Positions 1 to 9,386 are shown, counted from the stretch's first letter. The stretch: 64,000 nucleotides of DNA from Promethearchaeota archaeon (GCA_019058245.1 JAHPZJ010000013.1:329166-393165); one strand, 5' to 3'. Program-made: numbers and translations. The notes: generated from the sequence alone by a model not told the origin.

Positions 1-644
1 TTACTACAATGATATTCGGTTTAGTAGGTTATGTAGTTGCTCATCCCACAGAAATTGTAAATTATACGGGAGCAACTCATGTTTCAACTGGTTGTCATGG
101 TACAAATGGCGTTGCTTCTAGCGGAACTCTTCAAGTATCAGCCTCAACTTCTGGTAAGTTGATTACTCTTACTGCTACAATACAAGGATTTACAGATGCA
201 ATTACGACAAATAATAGATCTGGGACATTTTCTATCGGAATTCCTTATGATCTTGGAGATAATAGGGAATTTGGACTAGGAATAGCGCAGAATACTGTTA
301 ATGGCGAAACTAATTATTGGGGAATTGGTATATGGGACGTTGAGTTAGATTCAAATGGAAATACAGTTAATCCCTTGAAATTTAGAGTGCTAGCTCCTGA
401 AGCTGAAGGATCATATAATTTAATTGTTGCTGTTATAAATGGAGCAAATACAGCGGGAGATGTACAAAGTATTATTTATATGCACAAAATAATATCTGTT
501 ATAGTAACCGGTGGAAGTGTAACAATTGCTTCTCTAACTATGATCTTTCCTCTAAATAATATATTTCTTTATGCAACTTTCGGAATATTTGGTACTGGGA
601 TGATGATTTTCGTGTTTAAGCGTAGAAAAATTAGAAAAAATTAA
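1..644 (+). CDS. Exported, C-terminally membrane-anchored beta-rich (Reeler-like) protein with an atypical heme-binding-like motif GATHVSTGCHG; probably 5'-truncated by the window edge
   Basis: Frame is open upstream of the ATG at 9. Hydrophobic N-terminus ending VVA/HP. Its only Cys is in THVSTGCHG (69-101). C-terminal TM helix followed by KRRKIRKN. Homologous to the N-terminal domain of 5551..6423 and lies directly upstream of ccmC. Confidence 0.7.
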   Translation, partial: TTMIFGLVGYVVAHPTEIVNYTGATHVSTGCHGTNGVASSGTLQVSASTSGKLITLTATIQGFTDAITTNNRSGTFSIGIPYDLGDNREFGLGIAQNTVNGETNYWGIGIWDVELDSNGNTVNPLKFRVLAPEAEGSYNLIVAVINGANTAGDVQSIIYMHKIISVIVTGGSVTIASLTMIFPLNNIFLYATFGIFGTGMMIFVFKRRKIRKN

Positions 645-667
645 CTAAATCTAACTATAATAATTAA

Positions 668-677
668 TTTTTTTTTT
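668..677 (+). terminator. Possible archaeal oligo-U terminator
   Basis: T10 run starting about 23 nt after the stop of the first ORF. Weak, because the background is AT-rich. Confidence 0.25.
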
Positions 678-717
678 ATAAACCTTAAAATTTTAAATGA
701 AAAAACAAATTTTTTAA

Positions 718-1524
718 ATGTCTGTTAAAAAAGTAAAGGAAAGATCTAATTCAAATTTAAAGAGTATAATGATACGAAATAAAAAAGATCAATTAGATCT
801 ATTGAAAATCGTTAAACATCATTTATTATTAACAATTTCACTTATTATGTTAATTATTAGTTTATTATTAATTATAATTTTAACTTCAAATAATCTAATT
901 ATTTGGGGTTCACCTAATCGAATTATCTATACTATTTTTTTTTATCATGTATCCGGAGCATGGCTTTCATATTTCTCTTTTGGAATTAGTTTGATTTTTC
1001 ATATTCTATATTTAAAGTCTCGTAAAAATATTTGGATTAACTTGGGTAAAAATAGTATACTAGTTGGAGTATGTTTTTCTGGATTTACTCTTATAACAGG
1101 TTCGCTTTGGTTTAATGCTACATCGGGAGATTATAATAATATTTTTTGGGTATGGGGTGATGCTCGACAGACTACTACATTAGTATTATTCCTTTCTTAT
1201 TTATCTTATCTTGTATTTGCTAAAATGATTGAAGACAGGGAAAAAAAGGCTAAATTAACAGCACTACTTGGTATCGTGCTATTTCCAACAGTTCCCTTAA
1301 GTTACATTTCTACAATAGTTTTTACAAGTTTACATCCTTTAATTAACCCAACTCCTGGTGAACCTGGAAATATTTACTGGGATCCTTTGAAACTATTTAT
1401 GTTATTTTTCAATTTAATTGCAATGACCATATTATTTATGTATATTATAAAAGAATTAACTTTTTTAGATAAAAAAAAAGATGAATTAGAGAAAATTAAA
1501 CAAATTCGTTTATTGAGAGATTAA
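718..1524 (+). CDS. ccmC: Cytochrome c biogenesis heme exporter CcmC
   Basis: About 6 TM helices. FFYHVSGAW (first His), divergent WWD loop WVWGDARQTT and SLHP (second His). Sits in the ccm cluster. Confidence 0.9.
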   Translation: MSVKKVKERSNSNLKSIMIRNKKDQLDLLKIVKHHLLLTISLIMLIISLLLIIILTSNNLIIWGSPNRIIYTIFFYHVSGAWLSYFSFGISLIFHILYLKSRKNIWINLGKNSILVGVCFSGFTLITGSLWFNATSGDYNNIFWVWGDARQTTTLVLFLSYLSYLVFAKMIEDREKKAKLTALLGIVLFPTVPLSYISTIVFTSLHPLINPTPGEPGNIYWDPLKLFMLFFNLIAMTILFMYIIKELTFLDKKKDELEKIKQIRLLRD

Positions 1525-1530
1525 TTAAAG

Positions 1531-1677
1531 ATGTCAATAGAGTATCTGGACCAAGATTTACTAACAATAATTATAAGTTATTTGTTATTCTGGGCTATTT
1601 TAATCATCCTAATTTTATATCCAAAACTAAAGTTAAAAAAAGTTCTTAAAAGTATTAAAAGATTAGAAAATTCATAA
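1531..1677 (+). CDS. ccmD: CcmD-like small membrane protein (48 aa, not in the ORF track)
   Basis: MSIEYLDQDLLTIIISYLLFWAILIILILYPKLKLKKVLKSIKRLENS*: one TM helix with a Y..W..Y pattern and a basic tail, exactly between ccmC and ccmE. Confidence 0.75.
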   Translation: MSIEYLDQDLLTIIISYLLFWAILIILILYPKLKLKKVLKSIKRLENS

Positions 1678-1691
1678 AACAGGTGTGAAAT

Positions 1692-2030
1692 GTGAAAAAA
1701 TCTAGAATTATAGCAATTATTGGAGTTGTTGTTTCGATTGGTGTTATAATAGCTTTATTATCTATAAATACACGTCCTTACCTCAAAGTATCTCAAGTTG
1801 TATCACATTCCACTCGTTATGATAATAAAGAAATTCAAATTATTGGTATTGTCGAAGGATATGTTTCCAGTGATTTTAATTTAACTGAGGGTGAGCATAG
1901 TATCTTTATTGATATTAATAACATTTCTCCTCCTAGTACGCTAAAAAATGGAATTGAAGTTGTTGTAATTGGAATTTTTAGTTCTAACCTAATTTTAGTA
2001 GCGGAACAGATTCTTACTCAATGTAGTTAG
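1692..2030 (+). CDS. ccmE: Heme chaperone CcmE, Cys-type, ending directly after the Cys
   Basis: N-terminal TM anchor, then YLKVSQV, an OB-fold-like core with GIEVVVIG, and C-terminal AEQILTQCS*. RBS aggtg precedes the GTG. Confidence 0.85.
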   Translation: MKKSRIIAIIGVVVSIGVIIALLSINTRPYLKVSQVVSHSTRYDNKEIQIIGIVEGYVSSDFNLTEGEHSIFIDINNISPPSTLKNGIEVVVIGIFSSNLILVAEQILTQCS

Positions 2031-2035
2031 AAAAT

Positions 2036-2761
2036 TTAGTCATACAAAAGTACATGAGAAATTAAAGTTAAGATTGAAATCATAAGGATTATATGAGCAA
2101 ACAAAAATCCTATTTCATAAATTAGATCATGTACTAATACTCCTTGTAATAGTTTTATATTTAATGAAATTATTGGAGTTGTTATAGGAATAATTAGAGG
2201 GAAAAGTATAATTGGTAAGATAAAAGACTTGTTTTTAGCATACATTGATAAAGCGGACACCAGACTTCCGCTTATAGATAAATCAAAAGTAGGCAATATG
2301 ATTCCTAAAATGATGTAGGTTAATACTTGAATTGAACTTATTCTACCTATTAACGGTGCAGATAAAAAGAAACTAAAAAGGTACAAAATACTCTCGATTA
2401 AAGTCATTAAAATTAAACAATATATAGTTTTACTGTAAAGAATTATATTTGGATAGATTGGAGATGAAATTAGACCATTTATCGTACCCGATTCCTTTTC
2501 TTTGATGAATAATTTTGCCATAATATAGATAAGAGTAAAAAAGATAATTATCCAATTTTGAATCATAAAAATCTCTAAAGGCATATTTTGATATTGAGTT
2601 CCAAAATTATAAACTGATGAGAATATGAAAATTGAGATAATATCAAAAAGAATTACAGCAAATAAATCATTCACTTGCCGAACTTCAGATTTAATATCTT
2701 TTATAAGTATAGTTTTAAATTGCTTTAATTTTAATTTTAATGATATATTTTCTGTTTTCAA
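2036..2761 (-). CDS. ccmB: Heme exporter permease CcmB
   Basis: KDIKSEVR, FIKEKESGTINGLISSP and ILPIILFPLIIP are CcmB motifs. About 6 TM helices, downstream of ccmA. Confidence 0.9.
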   Translation of the reverse strand: MKTENISLKLKLKQFKTILIKDIKSEVRQVNDLFAVILFDIISIFIFSSVYNFGTQYQNMPLEIFMIQNWIIIFFTLIYIMAKLFIKEKESGTINGLISSPIYPNIILYSKTIYCLILMTLIESILYLFSFFLSAPLIGRISSIQVLTYIILGIILPTFDLSISGSLVSALSMYAKNKSFILPIILFPLIIPITTPIISLNIKLLQGVLVHDLIYEIGFLFAHIILMISILTLISHVLLYD

Positions 2762-2773
2762 AAAAACACCTTT

Positions 2774-3493
2774 TTAAAATAGTGATTCAATTTCATCAAA
2801 TTCTTCATCTGTAATCCTTTTTTCAATTCTGCCTTTTTTTAAAATAATCAAATCATTACATAATTGTTGAAATAAGTCTGTCTTATGGGTCGTAAGAATT
2901 ACTGTAACATTTTTTTTTTGATTCATTTCTCTGATAAATTTAATTAGCCTATCTGTTGCTGCATAATCTAAACCAGAAAAGGGTTCATCTAAAAATAATA
3001 TTGAGGGTCTATGGATTATAGATCTTATCAATTCTACCTTTTGTTTCATTCCATGGGATAAAGTTCTTACAGGTTCATTAATCCAATCTGTAAGCTCAAA
3101 TCTTTCAACTAATTTGTTAATTTCCCGCATAATATCTCCTTTTTCAAAAATTAAATGTAAGTTACAATAGAATTTTAAATTCTCATAAACAGTTAATTCC
3201 TCATATAGAAAGGATTCATCAATAGTTATTCCAATATTCTGATAAATAATTCTTGAATTTTCTTTATAATTCATTCCCCCTATTTCAACATTTCCAAAAG
3301 TAGGTTTAATCAATCCTGATAGTATTTTAATAAGAGTTGTTTTACCCGCTCCATTCGCACCAGCTATCCCAAATATTGTACTTTTTTTAATAGTAAAAGA
3401 ATTATTTTTGAGGGCAAAAAAAAACCCATATTGTTTTGAAATGTTATTACAATTTATTAAATTATTATCGGATTCAACCATAATCTGAATCAT
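2774..3493 (-). CDS. ccmA: ABC ATPase CcmA
   Basis: Walker A GANGAGKTT, signature LSHGMKQK, Walker B LFLDEPFSGLD and H-loop TTH. 12 nt from ccmB. Confidence 0.88.
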   Translation of the reverse strand: MIQIMVESDNNLINCNNISKQYGFFFALKNNSFTIKKSTIFGIAGANGAGKTTLIKILSGLIKPTFGNVEIGGMNYKENSRIIYQNIGITIDESFLYEELTVYENLKFYCNLHLIFEKGDIMREINKLVERFELTDWINEPVRTLSHGMKQKVELIRSIIHRPSILFLDEPFSGLDYAATDRLIKFIREMNQKKNVTVILTTHKTDLFQQLCNDLIILKKGRIEKRITDEEFDEIESLF

Positions 3494-3668
3494 ATATATT
3501 ATGAAATTTAAAAATTATAATAATTTGAAGGAATTAAAAGTAAAAAAATAATTGTTATTTAATTTATATTATCGAATTTAATTTTCTTGTTATTAATTTG
3601 AATAGGATTGAAATTTCATTAGTTGTTATAATCTATAAACCATCTAAATAAAATTTGTGAATTGAAAC

Positions 3669-5360
3669 TCAATTTTTGTTGAAAAAGGTTGTTAATATTG
3701 AAGGAATTATCCCGCTCAATAGAAAAATAAAGCCTGTGATGTAAAAAATATCTTGAAAAATCCAAAAATTCTTACTTATTAAAAATCCGATCATAATAAA
3801 TGAGATTCCAGCATGAATTATTGTTTTAGAATTTAACTTGAAAAAATGTTTGATTCCTTTCTTAAATTTTAAATTTGTTATAATAGACCAAAAAGACACT
3901 ATTACCGCTATAAAAAATATTCCTATAGAGGGATTAATCCAAATATCAAGAAGCACTAATCCTATGACTGAAAATATTGATTGAATCGTAAAGACTATAA
4001 TTATCAAGCATATCATTAATTTTATCCCAATTTTTTCATAAGTAATACAAAAGATTAATGATAAAGACAAACAAATAGCTAATGTTAATGTAGTTATAAT
4101 AAAATAATCTGTCCCTATATAAATTATGTTTATGGGAAAGAATTCTGATAGTAATACCGTTAAAGGTGTAACAAAAAGCCCGAATATGCATACAAAAGAT
4201 AAGCTAAATAAAAATATGTAACTTAAGTAATTAAAGAGAAGCTTCAATTTTCTATAATCCTGTAATATATAATCAAGAATAATATATATTACGTAGAGAG
4301 AAAATATTATTAAAATTAATCCAGTTATAGTCAACCAAATAATTAATTCAGTTCCTCCAATATAAGAATGAAGTGGAGATATTCCTGCTCTTGTAACTAG
4401 TGTAGAAAAAATAATAGCAATAAAGATTAATCCAAGATTTACTTTCACTAAATTTTGATTTTTCTTTTGAAAAGTCATAGTATGAAAGTAAGCAGTAATG
4501 AAAAACCATGGGATAAGAGATACTGTTTCAACCTGATCCCAACCCCAATATCTTCCCCAGTTCAATGCAATCTTAGCCCAATATGCACCCAATCCAATAC
4601 CTAAAGTAAGAATCAACCATCCAAACTTTAAAGTAAATTTATAAAAATTTTGTTGAAACGATTCTAATAGAGTTGTGTCTTTTGTTAAAATTTCTGCAAT
4701 CACGACTGTAAATGGAATTAGAAAAATCGCATATGCAATAAATGTAAAAAATGGATGCCAAATCATAAATGGAGATATTAAAAGTGGATTCAAGCCTAAT
4801 CCATCAGAAGGAGACGATGATTGGAGTTCAAAAGGATTTAAATAAAATAATATTATCAAAAAAAGGGATGAAACTATCGATGATATTATAACAGATCGAA
4901 TGAATACGATATCTTTATTGTTATTATTTCCCATTCGAAATAGATTGATCATTATTGCATTAAATAACATCCATGTCATGATGGATCCTTCTTCACCAGC
5001 CCAAATAGCAACAATTTTATAAATTATAGGGAGTGAATTATTGCTAAAACTCCACACATATATAATTTTATAGATGTTATTTAGAAAGCTGTAAACCATA
5101 ATTAAAAATAAAATCACCGATAGGCTCATTGATAAAATTGATAAAAAATAAGCATTTTGTTTTTTAACAATTAATAGAATAAGATCCAAAATCATGATTA
5201 TTATTAAAAAAATGATTAAAAAGTTGCCTAGAAAGGATATAAAAACAATTCTATAACTTAATTCTATTAAATCTAATACTAAAGGAATTATTAATATAAA
5301 GATAAGAATTAAGCTGAAATTAATAATAACCAGCTTTTTTATCGATATATTAATAGACAT
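3669..5360 (-). CDS. ccmF: Holocytochrome c synthase CcmF
   Basis: AIWAGEEGS, GLGLNPLL..PFMIWHPF, WWD loop WGRYWGWDQVE, YFH, VTRAG..PLHSY and late IIHAG. Highly hydrophobic. Confidence 0.93.
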   Translation of the reverse strand: MSINISIKKLVIINFSLILIFILIIPLVLDLIELSYRIVFISFLGNFLIIFLIIIMILDLILLIVKKQNAYFLSILSMSLSVILFLIMVYSFLNNIYKIIYVWSFSNNSLPIIYKIVAIWAGEEGSIMTWMLFNAIMINLFRMGNNNNKDIVFIRSVIISSIVSSLFLIILFYLNPFELQSSSPSDGLGLNPLLISPFMIWHPFFTFIAYAIFLIPFTVVIAEILTKDTTLLESFQQNFYKFTLKFGWLILTLGIGLGAYWAKIALNWGRYWGWDQVETVSLIPWFFITAYFHTMTFQKKNQNLVKVNLGLIFIAIIFSTLVTRAGISPLHSYIGGTELIIWLTITGLILIIFSLYVIYIILDYILQDYRKLKLLFNYLSYIFLFSLSFVCIFGLFVTPLTVLLSEFFPINIIYIGTDYFIITTLTLAICLSLSLIFCITYEKIGIKLMICLIIIVFTIQSIFSVIGLVLLDIWINPSIGIFFIAVIVSFWSIITNLKFKKGIKHFFKLNSKTIIHAGISFIMIGFLISKNFWIFQDIFYITGFIFLLSGIIPSILTTFFNKN

Positions 5361-5550
5361 TAAAAAAACACCTAGAATGTATTATTTAAGGGTTTTAATA
5401 AAGGTTTTTAAAAATAAAACTTGGGTATAATTTAGGTGCAATTTTTGCTATAAATCTTTAAAAAAATCTTTATTTTTAAATTATATAAACAAGATATAAA
5501 AAGCAATACTCATAGATTAAAAATATTTCAGCTTGAGTAAATGATAAATC

Positions 5551-6423
5551 ATGAATAAGAAAATTTTTTACTTTGGTACTTGCATTATTGTGTTGATGAC
5601 TTTCTCACTTTTTATCTTCGGAACCGCAAGGCCTCAATTTGGAGACACTCATTCTGAGAGTGGATGTCATGGATCATCGGGGGGTTATACAATTTCGTAT
5701 ACCACACCTGAAGAAAATCTTATAAATAATACTCCTTATTTTACTTTTAACATTTCTGCTAGTGGACCTGATTTATTTGTACAAGCTTATCCTGGTGCGA
5801 AAGATAATGACAATTTTAATATTATTCCTTCAAATAATAAAATAGTCGACGATTCGGAAAATGATTTAAATCCAAATCACGATGCAATGAATATCATTTT
5901 CAATGTAACACCAACTGTAGAACAAAAATCTTATACATTGTTCATACTTGCAGGTAATAATATAACTGGGGGTCGACAATTCGCTTATGTTGAGATTGTA
6001 ATTGGAATTCAGCCTGGATTTGATTTCTCTTCTGTAATACTCGATCATTTAGGTTTATATTTAGGATTACCAGCTTTGTTATTAGTTTCGATTGCAACTG
6101 TCCTAGTTTTAGTAAATGAAAATAAATTCGTAAAGGTTCATGGATTACTGGCTGGTGGTGCATGGATTTTAACAATCATTAATGTTATTGTTGCTGTAAT
6201 AAAAATACCTGCGAGAGCTTGGCTTGGGGGTTATAATTTAGTTTATCATCTTCCTCATATAATTCTTGGCTCGATTGGTTTGGTTACTGGTTTTTTAAGT
6301 ATATTGTTTGGAATTGCGGCAGAGAGGAGACCAGCAAAAATCACAGGATATATTACTGTACTCTGTTGGTGGGGTGCTTTCTTTTTAGGTTTTTTTCTAA
6401 ACTCCAATTTATTTTTAATTTGA
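5551..6423 (+). CDS. Exported GxTHxxxGCHG domain fused to a 4-TM His-containing cytochrome b561-like domain
   Basis: Signal peptide, then GDTHSESGCHG (5641-5673). Four C-terminal TM helices with His in LDHLG, KVHGLL and YHLPHII. Divergent from ccmF. Confidence 0.65.
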   Translation: MNKKIFYFGTCIIVLMTFSLFIFGTARPQFGDTHSESGCHGSSGGYTISYTTPEENLINNTPYFTFNISASGPDLFVQAYPGAKDNDNFNIIPSNNKIVDDSENDLNPNHDAMNIIFNVTPTVEQKSYTLFILAGNNITGGRQFAYVEIVIGIQPGFDFSSVILDHLGLYLGLPALLLVSIATVLVLVNENKFVKVHGLLAGGAWILTIINVIVAVIKIPARAWLGGYNLVYHLPHIILGSIGLVTGFLSILFGIAAERRPAKITGYITVLCWWGAFFLGFFLNSNLFLI

Positions 6424-6445
6424 TAATATTAAGTGATATCTCAAG

Positions 6446-7939
6446 ATGGGTCAATCTAATAATAATTTGAAAAGTAATTATAGGAAAAGCAGAGAAAAGG
6501 ATCTTGAAAATCAATTTTTAGAATTTATATCTCCTTATCACGTAAGCACAAATCCTTTTGAACTTGAATCTGCTTCAGCAGATCTTACTTCTCTACCCGC
6601 TTACCATTATAAATTCAAGAAAAAATATTTAGCTAGTTATGTTATCCGTCCAGCCAACATGAATGAACTATCATTAGCTATAAAAAAGTGTAGAGATCTT
6701 AATATTCCCGTAACAATTCGAGCTGCTGGGACGTCATGTTTTTCTTCAGCAACACCTTCAATGGGAGGTGTAATTATAGATATACGTAGAGTAAATAAAG
6801 TCCATGAAATAAATCAAGAGAAAATGACGGTAAAAGTAGGAAGTGGAATATCTTGGCTAAATTTGATAGAAAAATTATCTGATTATGGACTTGAACCAAA
6901 AACTTTCCCAACTAGTTTTAAAACTTCATGTGTAGGAGGTTTTATTGCAACTCCAGGAAAAGCTGGTATAGGAGTATTGAAATATGGAACTATGGAATCC
7001 ACAATTATTTCTGTAGATCTAGTTAAACCAGATGGCACTGTCATCAAAGTTTCGAGAGATTCTGATCAAGAAATAAGTCTTAATGATCTTGTAGGTACAT
7101 ACGGTATATTTGGAGCAATAGGAAATGTTGAATTATCCATTACTACCCTAAAAACCTCTTTAGAGATAATAGGTTATGGATTTAACTCAATCGAGCAAGC
7201 AATAAATTTTTATTTATTAATAAAAGAGGATTTACCCAATAAACCATTATTTCTTTCAATTTCAGAAAGAAATTTTGAAAAATATTCACATATTGCTTTT
7301 CCGAAAGAGGAATGGATTGTTTGGGCAGTATATTATGATAAACCTGAACTAACATCAAAAAGTATATCAGATGTTAAAAACCAAGCCTCCAAGTTAAATT
7401 GTGTAGAAATTGAGGGTACTTATTTAAAAGAAAAGTGGCGTGATATTAGTGATGCTGAGGTATCGATAGGATCTTCAACAAGAAACCTGATATTCCAGGA
7501 ATATTGGATCTCTGATAAGAGATTAAAAAAGTTTATGGAAATATATGTTAAAAAAGTTAAGAATTATAAATTTCCTACAGCCTCATACGCAATTTCAGGA
7601 GAAAAAGGTTGGACAAGAGTGAAAATTTTTGGTTTAACAGATATCGATAGAACTATAGAATTTTTCGCAGTTAAAGCTTTCTTACATGATTTAACTGTCC
7701 AAGCCTTCAATCAAGAAGATAGACTATATACTATTGGCATTGTCAATACATTTTACTTATTAAAGTATAAATCAGAAGAAGTAAAGAAATGGAAGAATCT
7801 AAAGGATAAGTTAGACCCTAAACACTTATTCAATTCATATAGATTAACTAAAGCGAGAATGAAATTTTGGAGAGTCTCATTACTTTTTAACATGGCAAAG
7901 CTATTGTATAAAATATTTAAAATAAAACGCTCTAAATAA
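6446..7939 (+). CDS. FAD-binding oxidoreductase (GlcD / D-lactate dehydrogenase, VAO/PCMH family)
   Basis: VIRPAN, PVTIRAAGTS, SCVGGFIAT, GTYGIFG and C-terminal KDKLDPKHLFN. Confidence 0.85.
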   Translation: MGQSNNNLKSNYRKSREKDLENQFLEFISPYHVSTNPFELESASADLTSLPAYHYKFKKKYLASYVIRPANMNELSLAIKKCRDLNIPVTIRAAGTSCFSSATPSMGGVIIDIRRVNKVHEINQEKMTVKVGSGISWLNLIEKLSDYGLEPKTFPTSFKTSCVGGFIATPGKAGIGVLKYGTMESTIISVDLVKPDGTVIKVSRDSDQEISLNDLVGTYGIFGAIGNVELSITTLKTSLEIIGYGFNSIEQAINFYLLIKEDLPNKPLFLSISERNFEKYSHIAFPKEEWIVWAVYYDKPELTSKSISDVKNQASKLNCVEIEGTYLKEKWRDISDAEVSIGSSTRNLIFQEYWISDKRLKKFMEIYVKKVKNYKFPTASYAISGEKGWTRVKIFGLTDIDRTIEFFAVKAFLHDLTVQAFNQEDRLYTIGIVNTFYLLKYKSEEVKKWKNLKDKLDPKHLFNSYRLTKARMKFWRVSLLFNMAKLLYKIFKIKRSK

Positions 7940-8042
7940 TAAAACCAAATCAACATAAAGATGAATAATATATAACGATCATATTTAATAAAAATTAATT
8001 ATATTTTCAACAAGAAAACAATTAAAAAAGAGATAATGCTGA

Positions 8043-9386
8043 ATGAGTGAAGGAAAAGAAAAAGTTGATTTAAAAAATATAGTAACTTCTGGTCCACCTG
8101 TAGCAGGTTTAGTTTCTCCATCAAGAGAAAATTTAGTCGAACCTTCAGATAAGTATAAAGATGAAAAATCTTTTGAACGATGTACTCATTGTGGTTACTG
8201 CCGTCATGTTTGTAAAGTTTATAATACCTCTTGGTGTGAAACTGACTATGCTGGAGGTCGTAATAGAATTATCAAAGCATTGGATCGAAAGGATATTAAA
8301 TTCGACAAGGAACAAATAATACCTTCAGTTTTTCGTTGTATGTTATGTGGTAATTGCAAAGTTGTGTGTCCAGTTCAAGTAGATACACTAAGTGTTTTCC
8401 AGAATTTTAGGAAAAAAGTAGTAAAAAAAGGAGCAATACCTGAAAAATTAAAAATCCTTAAAAGTTCGATTATAGAAAATAATAATCCATTTCTAGAAAA
8501 ACATAGTGATAGATTTAATTGGATAAATGCTTGTGAAGAGGGAGCTGAAGCTTATGAAAGGAGTTCTCAGAGACTGGAACCCCAAGTAAAAGAGAAAGGA
8601 GATTATTCTGTCGGGTATTTTGTTGGGTGTACATCTTGTTATCGAAATAAAGAACTTGTATCGGCTACTAGTCGTGTTTTAAAGAAATTAGGCGTTGAGT
8701 TCACACTTTTTCCCGAAGAAAGATGTTGTGGTTCTGTATTGTTTCGAACGGGATTAGAAGATGAAGCTATGGAACTTGTAAAGCATAATTATGAAATGAT
8801 TCGTAAAAGTGGAGTAAAAGAAGTTGTTTTTTCATGTTCGGGTTGTTTTTCAACGTTTACACTTGAATATTCCAAATTTGCTAATCATAACCTTGGATTT
8901 GATTTGTATCATCTTACTCAATATGCTTTAAAAATTGTAAAGGAAAAAAATCTTAAAATTAGATATACAAAACGCACAAAAGATGATCCTTTACTTATTA
9001 CTTATCATGATCCATGTCATTTAGGCAGATATTGCAATGTTTTTGAAGAACCTAGAGAACTTATTCAAAGAATTGAAGGAGTAAAATTATTTGAAATGAA
9101 ACACAATAGAGAAATGTCTTGGTGTTGCGGTGCAGGAGGTGGTGTGAAAGCTCTATATGGAGATATGGCACTTGAAGTAGGAAGGGACAGAATCTCGGAA
9201 ACACGTGCTTGTATGGTTCGAATGCGAGAAGATCGTTTAAAAGAAGCAATTGAGACATCGGCAGAAGTTCTTGTAAGTTCCTGTGTCTTCTGTAAGAATA
9301 ATTTATTTCAAGTCGCTACTGAAGATAATTCTCCAATAAAAGTTATGGATATTTCACAACTTTTAGCTGATTGTGAGTTTTATTAG
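8043..9386 (+). CDS. Fe-S oxidoreductase with 2x[4Fe-4S] and two CCG domains (HdrD/GlpC/GlcF-like)
   Basis: CTHCGYCRHVC, CMLCGNCKVVCP, YFVGC, CCGS, CSGC, YHDPCHLGR, CCGAGGG and CVFC. Confidence 0.9.
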   Translation: MSEGKEKVDLKNIVTSGPPVAGLVSPSRENLVEPSDKYKDEKSFERCTHCGYCRHVCKVYNTSWCETDYAGGRNRIIKALDRKDIKFDKEQIIPSVFRCMLCGNCKVVCPVQVDTLSVFQNFRKKVVKKGAIPEKLKILKSSIIENNNPFLEKHSDRFNWINACEEGAEAYERSSQRLEPQVKEKGDYSVGYFVGCTSCYRNKELVSATSRVLKKLGVEFTLFPEERCCGSVLFRTGLEDEAMELVKHNYEMIRKSGVKEVVFSCSGCFSTFTLEYSKFANHNLGFDLYHLTQYALKIVKEKNLKIRYTKRTKDDPLLITYHDPCHLGRYCNVFEEPRELIQRIEGVKLFEMKHNREMSWCCGAGGGVKALYGDMALEVGRDRISETRACMVRMREDRLKEAIETSAEVLVSSCVFCKNNLFQVATEDNSPIKVMDISQLLADCEFY

